Source: Minutocellus sp. GHC0000111 | Taxonomy: Eukaryota | Length of the DNA stretch: 64,000 bases | Assembly: GCA_977018835.1 (NCBI GenBank) | Contig: OZ361257.1 | Location: 620,001 to 684,000 of the forward strand | Reading direction: 5' to 3' | In this document: in pieces, positions 1-12,193 of the stretch | How positions within the stretch are numbered: the stretch's first letter is position 1 | Layout of the letters: each line of letters starts with the position of its first letter | The notes under the pieces: model-generated | What the model was told of the DNA's origin: nothing | Databases searched by the model: none | What the model saw: only the letters and a program-made list of their open reading frames with translations | Program-made: the position numbers and the translations under genes

Positions 1-451
1 CGCCCCCTCGGCCGGTCTCACCACCTCACTGTTGGATAGCTATCGTGATCACTCACCTACTCAAAGGCTTGCTGCCAGTCCGATACTAAATCCAGCACAA
101 GCCACCGCGCCCCTCTCCACTCAAAGGTACTCGTGGCACGGTCTTGTGCCGGTGAAAGAGAGAGAGGAGCGCACCAAGTCAAGCACCAACAACGAGAGGC
201 CGTTCTTGGCGCATCTCGCACCAAACGTGACGTTGCGAAGAAATCAACCGCCCTCAACGTCCACACACAACGGCTGAGAACGATGGTAAATTCAACAGCA
301 GGACACACGCGCGCAGGTGCTTCTCAAAATCAGAAATCGTCACAAAACGCTGCTTCGATTTGACGTCATATTAAGGGATTTCCCCTTTTTCAAATCCCCA
401 GAAACTTTTTGAGCCATCTCATTTGGCCAGCACCCGAAACTAAACGAAACG

Positions 452-3400
452 ATGGAGGTCGACTCCGGAACTCCAGCCGACCAAGAGGCGATGCTGCCCC
501 GAGGCCCGCATCCCGACGATGCGTTCCGCGACGACGACTCCTCCTCCTTCGGCAGCGCGGCATCGCAGCACGACGACGCATCATCGCTCGACGATGACGC
601 GGCAATGCCAGCTCACGCCTTGCCCCACCAGTCAAGACACGCAATGCCTGCTGCTGCCGCCTCGGACGTTGACGCGGACGATGCCTCGGACGAGGACGAC
701 GAAGAGGAGGCGGAATGCCGCGTATGCCGCGGTCCGGCGGAAGAGGGGTGAGTTCTGCAAACGCCCTCGTTGGCGCAGTATCTGCTCGCTGCGGCGGTGG
801 CGGCCGTATCTCCGAGCCCCCAAACGTTCACGACCTGGTTGCTTGCTTGCTCGGCTCTTTGCTGGCACTCACCTCCGGGTTTCTTGGTCATGATGCCTGC
901 GCTTTGTGCCTGTGCCTCGCGGAGTGACCTTGGGATGATCGATCCGTTGCTTGCTTGTTTTATGCCTCGCTCTTCTCTGCAAAGCTATGCAACATACAAT
1001 CTCATCCACTCACCTTTCTCTCTCTCGTATCTTGTATCTTCGTTTCGCGCCTGCCCGTCATTATGATTTCTGTCGTCCCGTCGCTTTCGTCATGCTTTTG
1101 ATCGCATCCCAATGACCTTGCTTTTTGCTTTGATTGCGTACCAACGCACAGCCGGCCGCTCTACTCCCCGTGCAAATGCTCCGGTTCCATCGGCCTCTGC
1201 CATCAGGACTGCCTCACCAGCTGGCTGGAGGTCACGCACGGCGGCGGGGGACGGTGCGAGCTGTGCTCGTATCGATTTCGCTTCCGGCCGCTGTACGCGC
1301 CGGGCGCGCCGGAGCGGCTGCCCCCGCACGAGGTGCTGCTGGGTCTGGGACGGAGCGCCGTGGTGAAATTTTTGCCGTACCTGCTGCGCATCGGGCTGTC
1401 GCTGGGGGTGTGGCTCGTCGTCCTGCCGTTGTGCTCGGCATACCTGTATCAGGGGTGGTTCCATTCGCCCAAGTCGGTGGCATCGAGGTGGCAAACCGAT
1501 CTACTTTTGAGGGATGGCGTATCTGGTGCCATCGTTGCGGCCATCGTCGTCGTGAGCTTCCTTAGTCTGATGAGTTTGGCCGACTTTATGCGCTTCCAGT
1601 GGAATCCGGATGCGCAGGAGGCCAATGCGGAGGAACAGGAGGCAGCGGAAGAGGCCAGGGCAGAGGATCAGATGGCTGCCATTCGTGCAGGTGGTATCGG
1701 TGCTATGCGCGACGCTGTTGAGGCGATTGCAGCTGAGAATGGCATCGACCTGGAGGCGGAGGAACGGGCCAGAGGCTTTGTCCGCGATGATCGTCGACAA
1801 GAGGAAGCTGCCATGCCCGATCCGTTTGAGTTGGACGCTGAAGCTGAATTAGATCGACATCATCATCACCACCATCATCCTCATCACCATCGCAACCAGA
1901 GACAACGTCAAAGAGATTTGGTACCACCTGTCGCTTACCATGAGGACAATATGCAGATCCATGGCCATGATACCATGGGCATTGATGAGGACGATGCGGC
2001 TGATGCTCGGGCAAGAAGGCAAATGGAACGGATCCGTGGGAGGATAGAAGACCGGAGACGGCAGAATCGCGACGTCCTCGAGAGGGAGAACAGCAGACCA
2101 ATGTCGCCGGATATCAGTGAGGCAGAGGAAGACGACGACCTTCACGACAACATTCGAGACTATGCTACTGCCGCAGCTAACCGCCGGTACAGCAACCACG
2201 AGGCCGATGTTCTTTTGCCATTAGGTTCGCCCCTCGAGTCTTGGTCGGGTCCACAAGGTGGAACAGATGAAGCAGGCGAAGCACCGCCTTCACCGACACA
2301 TTCGCGACCGGGATCATTGTCATCTCTGCCCTCCCTCCATCGGGATGCCGTGGGGGTGATGGATGAAGGCGAACCTTTCTTCTCCAATGATCGGATGCGT
2401 GCTCGTACCAGATTTGCTGACGATGACGACGAAGAGCTGCGAAGAAGACGACGTTTGTTGGCTGAGCGAGCTGCACTTCGTCGGCAGGGAGAAGATGATT
2501 ATGGCATTGGCCTGAAGAACGATTATGAGGAAGACGACGACTTGGTGGAAGACGAATCAGGAGAGGCGAGTAGTGAGCCTCTTTCGGCGTCTGAAATGGA
2601 AGACGATGACATGAGCGATATAGCATTTGATCAAGCTGAGACCGAAGAGCAAAGTTATTTCAGTGACAATCCTATCAATCTCACACCCCCGCCAGAAGAT
2701 GTTGATATGATGGATCCAGATGAAGCTGACCTAGAAAATATGATGCGGCTGCAGGAGGAGGCTATGCTCGATCTAGATTCGGACGATGAAGACGGCGACA
2801 ATGTGGATGCTAATCCAAATGCACCAGCTGCTCCTGTCGCTGCGCAACAAGGGCAGCCCCAGAATGCAGGAGGCAGATTTGAGCCTCAGTTCGAACCGCT
2901 CGACCCAGGCTTTGAGCAGGAAGAGGAGATGGTAAGTCAAAGGATGTTGCCGGCTCTTGCAACTCGCGCCCTTTATGCCATTCATAGTCGTCCACTCACC
3001 TTTTTCGCATTGATACAACTTTCTTACTTTTACACCCCAACAGGACATGGAATTTCAACTTGCCCTCGACGAGCTCCTCGGCTTCCGTGGCCCTGTGGGA
3101 GCCTTGCTTCGAAACATCCTCTTTTTCCTGGCATTTATTACGACTTATCTCGGCCTCTTTGGATTCGTGCCGTATCAATTGGGATCATTTGCATCAAGGT
3201 CGAGATTACTATCTTTCTTAGCTCGCCCTCTCGCAAGCGCCACCCGCCGCGTCTTTGATCTTTTGCACATTATGGTCAACGTTCACTTCAACGTTGCCAC
3301 CGTGGCTACCAACGCATCGGACGCCACCGTTGCAAACCTAACAACAGCGATGAACTCCTTGAATGCATCAAATGTCATTAATCTGACAGAGAGCTTCGCA

Positions 3401-6400
3401 TTTCCAACAGTATTTACAGCTTTAGCTTCCGAGAGTGCTCCTACTACCGAAAGAACAGCCGCTGAAGCAGCCGCCGAAGCCGCCGCAAACATCAGCTATG
3501 TGGCGCAACAAATCAACGGCATCGCTTCGCTACCTGATGCTTCTGTCATTTTCTTCCGAATGCTCGACTTTGAAAGTCGAGTGTGGAATTGCATCTTTCG
3601 TTTGCCGGATATTATGAAGCTTGTTCTTGGATACTTTGTAATTGGGACAATTGTGATGATGCTGCAGGCCCTCATCGCGTACATTGCCAAAAAGCCCGCC
3701 GATCCCCACCACCAATTGCCGCCGCGTCGACTAGAACCTATTCCCCTCAACGCCGAACAACAAGCAGCTGCAGAGCGCCTTGGTCTTAATTTCGACGACG
3801 ATAACGGCCAAGATGCCGCAGCTCTCCAAGAAGAGCTCCAGAATCAAGACGAATACATTGAGATCAAGCTGACTGTCGTATTGGATTATGCTCGCGCTGT
3901 GATGAAGGTGTGCATGCTCCTCTTCCTCAAAATGGTCATCCTGCCCCTGACCCTCGGCTTTTCTCTCGATCTTGCTACACTTGAGCTGTTTAATGCGACT
4001 GTCCAATCTCGTGTTCTCCACGCCGGCAAAGATCTGTTTGGATCCTTGTTAGTGCACTGGGTGGCTGGCATAACCTTCATGTTGCTTGTCACGGTATCTG
4101 TCCTTCAGTTGCGAGAGGTTATCCATCCTGACTTACTCGCTCGCGTTGTCCGACCGCAAGAGCCCCAGCCGGATTTGCTGGGCAACATGCTAAAGGAGCG
4201 TGGCTTCACCCATGCCAGGCGAATGCTACTATCGCTTTCCATCTACCTTGGACTATTGGTAGTCAACGTCTGGGCTCCGAGCAAGCTCCTCATCATATCA
4301 GGCCTCAGTAGGTCCATTCCAGTGTTCCAGCCCAAGATTTGGCATGTCGTCATACCGCAATTGCAAATTCCAATCGAGCTCCTGGTGTTCCATTTGTCCA
4401 TGCTGGCCTTCTTGGAGAAGTACAAAAACTGTATCGGTATGCTGCAGCACAAATGGCTCGTTGCTGTATGCGATGTTATGGGTCTTACGGACTACATGAT
4501 ACCAAGAGAAGTCGCAAAATTCAATCTCATCGCCTCCAAACCTGTCTTTCGTCAGAGCAGCCTTGATTCTCCCAGCAGTAGCTTTGACAGCGAGGGTGAC
4601 TCCGTACCACCTCTCGACGAGGCCACGATTATCACCCAGTCGACATCTGCCTCTGCTTCAACTTTGACTCGGAACCATGATGCTCTACCTGTCGTTGCTA
4701 AGAAGTCGAGACAATATACAAAGCCGTCTTCGTCAAGTTCCACCCCCAAGGTTCTTGATCCCTTTTGGTCGGAACTCATGTCTATGGGCAAGGATAAGAA
4801 AATCTCTCCGGAGTCTATCGATGATTTCATCATCGCAAACATCAGGACAAACAACGGAGATCTCGCCGAAACAGGACGTTGGACTTCGGGTGTTACAACC
4901 GACGCCGGAAAGCGAGTGCTTGATGTCGCGGAAGAGAGTATTGACTTGCCGGAGCGACCGACAGATTCTAAGCTGTGGCCATTTTACGAAGACGGCGACA
5001 TGGGGAAGACGAGTGATGCATCTGCCACAGCGGTCCTTCCCACAGCCATTGGGGCATACCGTTTCCGCCTTCGTTCATCGGCAGGGGGAATGGCAACAAG
5101 CTCCGGTGCCCCGGGCAATGTCATTGAAATCTGGAAGGAGGACTGCGGTGCTCCGATTCCACGTCCTCCCGAAGGTTGGGACGACCTCGGTGTCGGTGGT
5201 GCAGAAGTGCAAGGCCGATGGGCATGGGACAAGGAGAAGAAGTCCACGATCGAAGAAGGAGTTGCTCACCGATCTACATTCTTTGGGAGCGCTAAAGATG
5301 GAGAAACTCGTCTGGCTTCGGCCTTGCGCCGCTGGCCCACGGGTCTTTTCCTATCCTCCAAGGTCGCTATTCTCATGTTTATGTCGTGGCTTGCCATGTC
5401 CACCTTCGTATGCGGTGGCATCACGGCCCCTCTCATCGCAGGGCGATTCATCTACTTCCTTCTTCAGGTGCCTGATCGCTTCATGCATGATCCCATCGCC
5501 TACACAGCTGGTGCAATGGTTGTGTTTCCCTTCCTTGTCAAAATTGTACGGATTGCTACGGGCAGCAGGGAAGAGGGGCAAAGCGCTTTTGCTGCTTGGA
5601 GGTCCGGTTTCTGCTTACCCCCACGAGGGTCCTACAAGCTTCGATATATTATGCAGGCCAGTTGCCTATGGACTATCGTCATACCACTTCTTCTTGGTTT
5701 GGCCTACCACCTCTTCCTCATCAAGGGCACGTCGTTTTGGCTTTACAAGGAATCACCTTTCAATGGAAAGGATATGTCGATGTCGTGGGGTGTTGGCACC
5801 CTGTTGCTGAACTCATGGGCTGTTCTTTGTTATCACGGCGCCTTCAAGCTTGGGTTCTGGCTGGATCTAATTGCTGGTCCTCCTCAAGAACCAGATGCAG
5901 CAGCTCAGCCTCAGCCCGCCGCGAATGGGGGTGCACCAAACGTCGTCAATGCTGCTGCTAACGACGCCGATGGTGACAATGGCGCTGCCGAGGAACCACA
6001 AATCCAACCGGAACCAGTCGCTGCTCCTCTCCTCTGGCAAGGTCAGGACGGTTTCGTCGGTCGCATGGTTGACACAATGTTCGCAGTTCTGGGCAAATGG
6101 GAGTGGGACAAGGTTGATCGAGATATTCTGTTGACTCAGACTCTAGTTCCCATCACCCAGCAGCTACTGATTCTCCTTGTTGGGCCGATATTCGCGTATC
6201 TCGGATGGTCCGCGCTCCTGTCCGCTTTGACTCATGGCCGCGGAAGTGCTGGAATTATTTGTAAGTTGTCAGACTGCGTGATTTGTTTTGTATGCTTTCG
6301 ATATCCTAGAAAACTGTTTTACTAACACGCTCATCTTCTCCTCCTCTCCTTTGCTCACATCAACAGTGCCATTCGTTGGATTGGTCGAGAAGGATGTCTA

Positions 6401-6560
6401 CCGGCGCTTCTTCTACCGATGCTTCGCTATCACCACGGTCCTAATCCAGCTTGCTTCAACCTTCCAATCCTCGATGCAGAGGTGGTTCCGAGCCGCGCAC
6501 AAGGCCGCAAGAGATGATCGATACCTCCAAGGAGAGGTTCTCGTGAATTATGTTAGATAG
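452..6560 (+). CDS. MARCHF6: RING-CH (RINGv) multi-pass E3 ubiquitin ligase, MARCH6/Doa10/SUD1 family; 4 exons (452-747, 1152-2931, 3044-6260, 6367-6560), about 1828 aa
   Basis: Splicing at GT-AG sites joins CRVCRGPAEEG to RPLYSPCKCSGSIGLCHQDCLTSWLEVTHGGGGRCELC (C4HC3 RING-CH). TD-domain-like HWVAGITFMLLVTVSVLQLREVIHP, many TM segments, family-typical C-terminus RDDRYLQGEVLVNY. Confidence 0.9.
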
Positions 6561-6995
6561 ATGATGGGCTCCGTGCTACCGGTAGATCTAATTTTTGTAA
6601 ATTACTGGGACTTCATTTGGCGACCACTCTTCCATCTTCTTCAGATGGTTGCTCTGTGATGTTCTAAACGCATGTGTCATGAATAAAGATAGAGCTTTTT
6701 CATAGACGCCTTTTAAAAGTGCCAGTAGTTGCTATGTAAAGTCTACATGTTATGCAGTGATGGTGAAGCCATTGCACCAAAAACGAGGTCTCATCAGGTG
6801 GCGGCCACGCGTGGGGACGAAGCGAAGTGCAGCAAAGGGCTGTACAAAATTTTTCGCACGGAGACCCGGAAACCAGCCGGCCGCCTCATGTTTTTCGGCG
6901 ATGATCGCGTTCAAAACTCTCCCCCAAGACCAGCATTGCATTCCATTACAAGTCAATAAGAGTAACAAATCAACAACTAAATACTAGTAATCACC

Positions 6996-7671
6996 ATGTC
7001 GTCCGGCAATCCCATCTTCGCTGTCCTCTGGGGCGTCCTCCTCTTCTTCATCGCATGGCCCGTCGCCGGTATCTGCGCTGGTCTTTGGCTTCTTTTGGTA
7101 CGTGACAGATTGGCGAGCAAGTTCGGCAGCAGAATCTCGTGCATGCCAATGCATGAACTTATGCCGAAAACCAAAACAATATGCTCTGCACGCATGTGGA
7201 CTTGGCTTGGCCAAATAAAATGAGAGACAGACCACCATGCGTCAGGCGGCGTCTCGTGGCAGGATCTGGAATCTTCATCTCTACAATCGATCGCGCTGCA
7301 TTTTCTCACCCTCTTGCATTGCTTTTTCGTCGTGTTCTCGTTCCGCGCTCCCGCCATCACCCCCTACAGCAACCATTTGAGGCCTTCCTCCCCTTCCTCA
7401 AGCAGGTTACCGAGTTCCTTGAGAAGCTTCTTACCTGGCCCCGAAGTAAGTGATGTGGAGTCTTGTCGAATTTGGATTTTGCCTGGTGTAAACATGTGTT
7501 ATACAATTGCAAAAGCGTACCTACTGCACGTATCTTGGATTCGCGTTATTTCTCTCCTCCCTTCGCCTCTCACATTTGCGTTTTGCTTTTGTCCCCTCCT
7601 CCCTCCCTCTCCTTTCAGCCTGCGGCAAGGCCATTGCCGACTGCAGTCAATCGTTCCCTGCCCCCATGTAA
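6996..7671 (+). CDS. Small hydrophobic membrane protein, 76 aa, 3 exons (6996-7097, 7370-7445, 7619-7671)
   Basis: Canonical GT/AG joins give MSSGNPIFAVLWGVLLFFIAWPVAGICAGLWLLLQPFEAFLPFLKQVTEFLEKLLTWPRTCGKAIADCSQSFPAPM; paralog at 52935-53718. Confidence 0.85.
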
Positions 7672-7810
7672 ACTTGGAACTGATGAACGATCCATTCTTT
7701 TGGCGCGCGCTCTACTACGTAGCAAGCATTAGACTAGAGATGATACGAACGTTCGAGCCTCTTTTATATTTTTTGTACTGATAAACGATAGATGTGTATT
7801 TACAAACGAA

Positions 7811-8969
7811 CTATAATCCCTTTCGTACTAAGGGCGTGAGAAGTCGATAAGTTCCAACCATACCTCTGACAGTGGCCGATCCAATGAGCAATCCACCCAC
7901 AGCGGTGCCAAGCAGACCAATGTAGGATACGGGGGTTCCAGTGCTCCTGTCAAGGCCGATGAAAAGGGCAGATCCTGCCAGTCCAGTGGAAAGGGCTAGA
8001 AACCCTGGAATCGAGCAAATGACTACAGAATTATGTCGGACGAAATCTGTAAAGAGAAAAGGATTCATGGTAGCAAAGACAAATGATCAGTGAAGAGACC
8101 GACGAAGAATCATTACATGTAAAGTGCAACCGAGATCCGCACTCACACTTTGTCCCTCCAGCTGGAGTACACGCAAGCCAAGCATTTAGAACAGCACTCA
8201 ATCCCATAGCACACACCGAGGAATAGAAGGATCCGGCACAGCATGCAGCATAGATATCTGCCAATTCCTTTGACGACAGCCCTCCAATTGTAGCCAAGAG
8301 CGATGTCCCTGAGACTTGCTGACCATTTGGACTGTACATTGACTTGGTATTTTGACGCCTTATCATTGCTCCCTTAACGACTCCAGTGCTGCAGTTATTT
8401 TCATTTGCCTTGGCACTTTTTGATTGACTTTCCTTCACCAAATCATCTCGGTTTTTGCCACTGCTGATGCCACTGTTGCCACGTGTGTGTTCCTCATCGG
8501 CAGAGGGAATGACCGCAAGCGCAGCAGCAGACAGAGAGCACATCAGTCCAGCCACAACGCCAAACGTGCGGGTTACGGAGTCGACCTTTTGGGCCAAAAC
8601 AGCGTCATCGGTAACATTGCTCAGATCGACCCAGGGATTCAAAAATCGAACGACAATCGGACGAGTTTTCGATGAAGTTTGTGGCAATATCTCGGGTATG
8701 TCATGTGATGTATCGCCATTTCCATTTCCTCCTTTCTTCGATGGATACTGATATATCACTCGGGTGTAACATCGGCAGCTTATTGCCGGTATCGGCCGTC
8801 CCACATGATGGGGCGTACTAGTAGTGGTTGTAAGAGGCGCAGGTCTGTGCAATTGTAGCAGAGTTCTCATCGGATGATGACGATTGCACCTCCAGAGATT
8901 TACTTTCACGAGATGCTGCTGCTGTCGAGGCACGACCTTTAGTGAGCATGATGTTGCTATTCGTTGCAT
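7811..8969 (-). CDS. Hypothetical multi-TM protein, possible mitochondrial presequence; intron 8047-8146
   Basis: ORFs 8031-8969 and 7811-8068 join in frame through GTGAGT...TACAG (GGTK-YFVRH); basic Arg-rich N-terminus and about 4 hydrophobic segments. Confidence 0.6.
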
Positions 8970-9235
8970 TTTATTCTATGAGGACTTGGCACTTCAATAG
9001 CTTCGAGCTGTTTGCATCTCCATAAGGATACTTCTCGTATCTGCGTTCTCTTCGCATCCATGATCCGATGATCCGATTTTTGCTGATAATTACTCCTCTA
9101 ATGTAAGAGTTGTTCGCAACATACAGGGCAAAATCCGATTGAGGAGTGTCGCAACTTTCGTCTGGCCGTCACCACACTCCTGCCTCCTAACCTTGGCGCC
9201 CTTCGCCTCAAATTTTTCTTCAAAAAAAAACAAGC

Positions 9236-10867
9236 ATGTCCGAGGACGACAAGGTGGTGCCCGACGCGGCGACCATGAGCAGCGACGACGATCAGTCGCA
9301 GAGCACGGCAGCGACCGAGGAGGCGGCGGCAATCGAGAAGGAGAAGGAGCACCAGAACGAAATTTTCCACGAGGCCAAGGCCCTCGAGCTCAAAGATGAA
9401 GGCAACAAGGCCCTCATGGGAGGGAAGGCCCTCGATGCCGTCCGGCTGTACTCCGAGGCGCTGGAGTTTGCCCCGACCAATGCCATCATCCTGTCCAACC
9501 GGGCCATGGCGTACATCAAGCTGGAGAACTACGGCCTTGCCATCCAGGATGCCACCAATGCGATCAAGGCTGATGCGGCATACGCCAAGGGTTACTACCG
9601 CAGAGGGACGGCCGAGTTTGCTCTGAACAAGTACAAGGCGGCGCGGAAGGACTTTAAGAAGGTATGCCAGCTCAAGCCCAAGGACCGCGACGCTCGCATC
9701 CGTCTGGCGGCGTGCGACAAGGCCGTGAAGGAGGCTGCTTTCGCCTCCGCCATTGAGTCCGAGGAAACCATCCCGCTCAGCGAGACGTACGATCCCAGCC
9801 AGATCACCGTCGATGTCGGGTACGACGGTCCACACCCAGCGGGCGGCGTTGCGCCGATGACGGATGCGGAGCTCGATCAGGAGGAGGATTTGTTCCGACC
9901 GGGCCAATTGCCTCGTGACTTTGTCATGGCGGCTGTCCAGCGCTTCAAGGATCAGAAGCTGATCCACAAGCGTTATGTGGCTCGACTGCTCATCAGCGCC
10001 AAGCGTCATTTCGAGGTCATGTCGTCGTTGGTGGAGCTATCCCTTCCCCCTTCGGGACCAGACGCCGACACCAAGCCTCGAGTGACTGTGTGCGGCGACA
10101 CTCATGGGCAGTTCTATGATGTTCTTAACATTTTCGAGACCAATGGGTACGCATCGGCGGATAATCCGTATCTTTTCAACGGAGATTTCGTGGACCGTGG
10201 ATCGTTTTCGGTCGAAGTGATCCTCACCTACCTGCTCTTCCGGATGGCCGATCCGACGTCCATCACTCTTCTCCGTGGCAACCACGAGACGAAGAACATG
10301 AACAAGATTTATGGATTCGAGGGCGAAGTGAAGGCCAAGTATGATGATAAGATCTTCGATCTGTTCTTGGAGTTGTTTCAGCACCTGCCTCTGGCTGCCA
10401 CCATTGAGCAGAAGGTGTTCGTTACACATGGTGGACTTCCCGTGACACCTGGTGTGACTCTCGACGATATCCGCAACATCCGTCGCGGATGTGAACCTCC
10501 CGAATCTGGGCTAATGAGCGATCTACTTTGGTCGGATCCGCAGCCATTCCCTGGCAAGGCTCCGTCGAAGCGTGGAGTTGGATACTCGTTCGGTCCCGAC
10601 ATTACCGAAAAATTCTTGGAGGAAAACAATCTTTCTCTACTTGTGCGTTCTCACGAGGTTAAGGACGAGGGATATCTGGTAGAGCACGGGGGTAAAACCA
10701 TCACCGTGTTCTCAGCTCCTAACTATTGCGACTCCATGGGCAATAAGGGTGCTTTCATTCACTTTGACGAAAGCATGGAGCCAAAGTTCACGCAATACGA
10801 ATGCGTCCCTCATCCCAATGTGAAACCAATGGCGTATGCAGCGGGAATGGGTGGTCTATTTGCTTAA
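9236..10867 (+). CDS. PPP5C: Serine/threonine protein phosphatase 5 (TPR + PPP catalytic domain)
   Basis: Three N-terminal TPRs; PPP motifs GDTHGQ, GDFVDRG, RGNHE, SAPNYC; PP5-type C-terminus VPHPNVKPMAYA. Confidence 0.97.
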   Translation: MSEDDKVVPDAATMSSDDDQSQSTAATEEAAAIEKEKEHQNEIFHEAKALELKDEGNKALMGGKALDAVRLYSEALEFAPTNAIILSNRAMAYIKLENYGLAIQDATNAIKADAAYAKGYYRRGTAEFALNKYKAARKDFKKVCQLKPKDRDARIRLAACDKAVKEAAFASAIESEETIPLSETYDPSQITVDVGYDGPHPAGGVAPMTDAELDQEEDLFRPGQLPRDFVMAAVQRFKDQKLIHKRYVARLLISAKRHFEVMSSLVELSLPPSGPDADTKPRVTVCGDTHGQFYDVLNIFETNGYASADNPYLFNGDFVDRGSFSVEVILTYLLFRMADPTSITLLRGNHETKNMNKIYGFEGEVKAKYDDKIFDLFLELFQHLPLAATIEQKVFVTHGGLPVTPGVTLDDIRNIRRGCEPPESGLMSDLLWSDPQPFPGKAPSKRGVGYSFGPDITEKFLEENNLSLLVRSHEVKDEGYLVEHGGKTITVFSAPNYCDSMGNKGAFIHFDESMEPKFTQYECVPHPNVKPMAYAAGMGGLFA

Positions 10868-10905
10868 AAGATAGTGTAAATTATTAAAATAAAGAGGAGG
10901 GAATG

Positions 10906-11705
10906 CTACAGTAGCTTCATATCTGCAAGCCAATTTCCAATGACTCTGGGCCACTGCAGTTTTGCTTCGTCTTCATTTCGTACAATTTCAAGAAGGGATT
11001 GTGGTAAAAGATCTGATAGATACTTTCCTGTCTCTATTGGATGCGCCGCGTCCTTACCATGACTTAGTATCAACACGGGACACTCAATTCGCTGGTACAG
11101 CTCTCTGTCAGTTCTTGATGGCAAATCGGTATGAGCAGCCCCAAGTAATGGCAGAGATCGTCTGCTGGTGGGATCCTTCAGTTGCAGTTTTTTTTCTCGG
11201 CAACAAACATAGACGCTATTTCCGCCCTTCTTTCCCATGCTCGAGGAGGACGCGCCAAAATCAGGGCCTATACTCGATCGGGGTGATTTATTGCTAGATA
11301 CAGTGCCGATGCCGCTCCCATGGACTGACCAAAGATGGTAAATTGGGAAGTGACACCAAGGCATTCATTCGCAACCTCCAACATATCCTCCGAGAGAGCC
11401 GGCCATCGAAATGGCGCATCGTCTATGTTGTCATCATCCACCTCACGTTGTGCCCATCCTCGAGATTGGCCATGACCTCTGGCAGTATAAAGTATTGCAG
11501 TTCCACTTTGTCTTTTGCTGTTCTTGTTGGCACTTGCTACATAATTTTGTGTGTCATGCCATATCTCGCTCGAGATGTCGTTTTTGTGACTCTTCTCAGA
11601 TGGATTGGAGCCCAGACCGTGACCAATGATGATATCAAGTGGAGACTCAATCTTCTCGACAGGAAGCTCTGTTCTATCCGCAAGGCGAACATAAGATTCT
11701 GCCAT
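10906..11705 (-). pseudogene. Alpha/beta hydrolase, disrupted as assembled (in-frame TAG at 11268-11270 and frameshift at T8 run 11188-11195)
   Basis: HGLG, ARGHGQS, nucleophile elbow GQSMG, then HPDRV*ALILARPPRAWE; the C-terminal CPVLILSHGKDAAHP lies in another frame. Confidence 0.75.
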
Positions 11706-12193
11706 AGCACTCGCTGCAGATGATGGCGATGCTTGGCTGATGGATCTAGGGTTTTGGAGGAGCAATTGTAGCCCCGTGAGCAAGGGCGGTGAGCGGGTGT
11801 GAACACAAAACATGCAGAAATATGAAACGCCAATGTTCTCGCTGCAATATAGGTGTAGTCTTTACTCGCAGCTCACAACGCTTTTCACAAGCCAGTGCTT
11901 GCTTATGCGCTGGGTCGGTCGGCTCTCGGTCAAAGATACCATTGGTATCGGTACACGTAGGCCTAGCGCGGTAGAGCGGTGCGGTAGATCAAGCAATCGC
12001 AGCCTGACCGTCGTCGGAACTGACAACCTGAGTTGGCGGGCCTTCGTGAAATTTACCGCCACAGAACCACAGAAAATCGATCTGCCTCCAACGCAGCAAG
12101 TTGTCACTTCAGACAACTCAAATAGATCATTAGACTGCGTCCTGTACCCTTCTTGAGCCTGCACAGTGGTTGGTAGCACGAGTAGGTTCGAAT

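Noticed and set aside
1..400. Short ORFs at the window start
   Set aside because: No recognisable product; probably the promoter or 5' part of a divergent gene outside the window.
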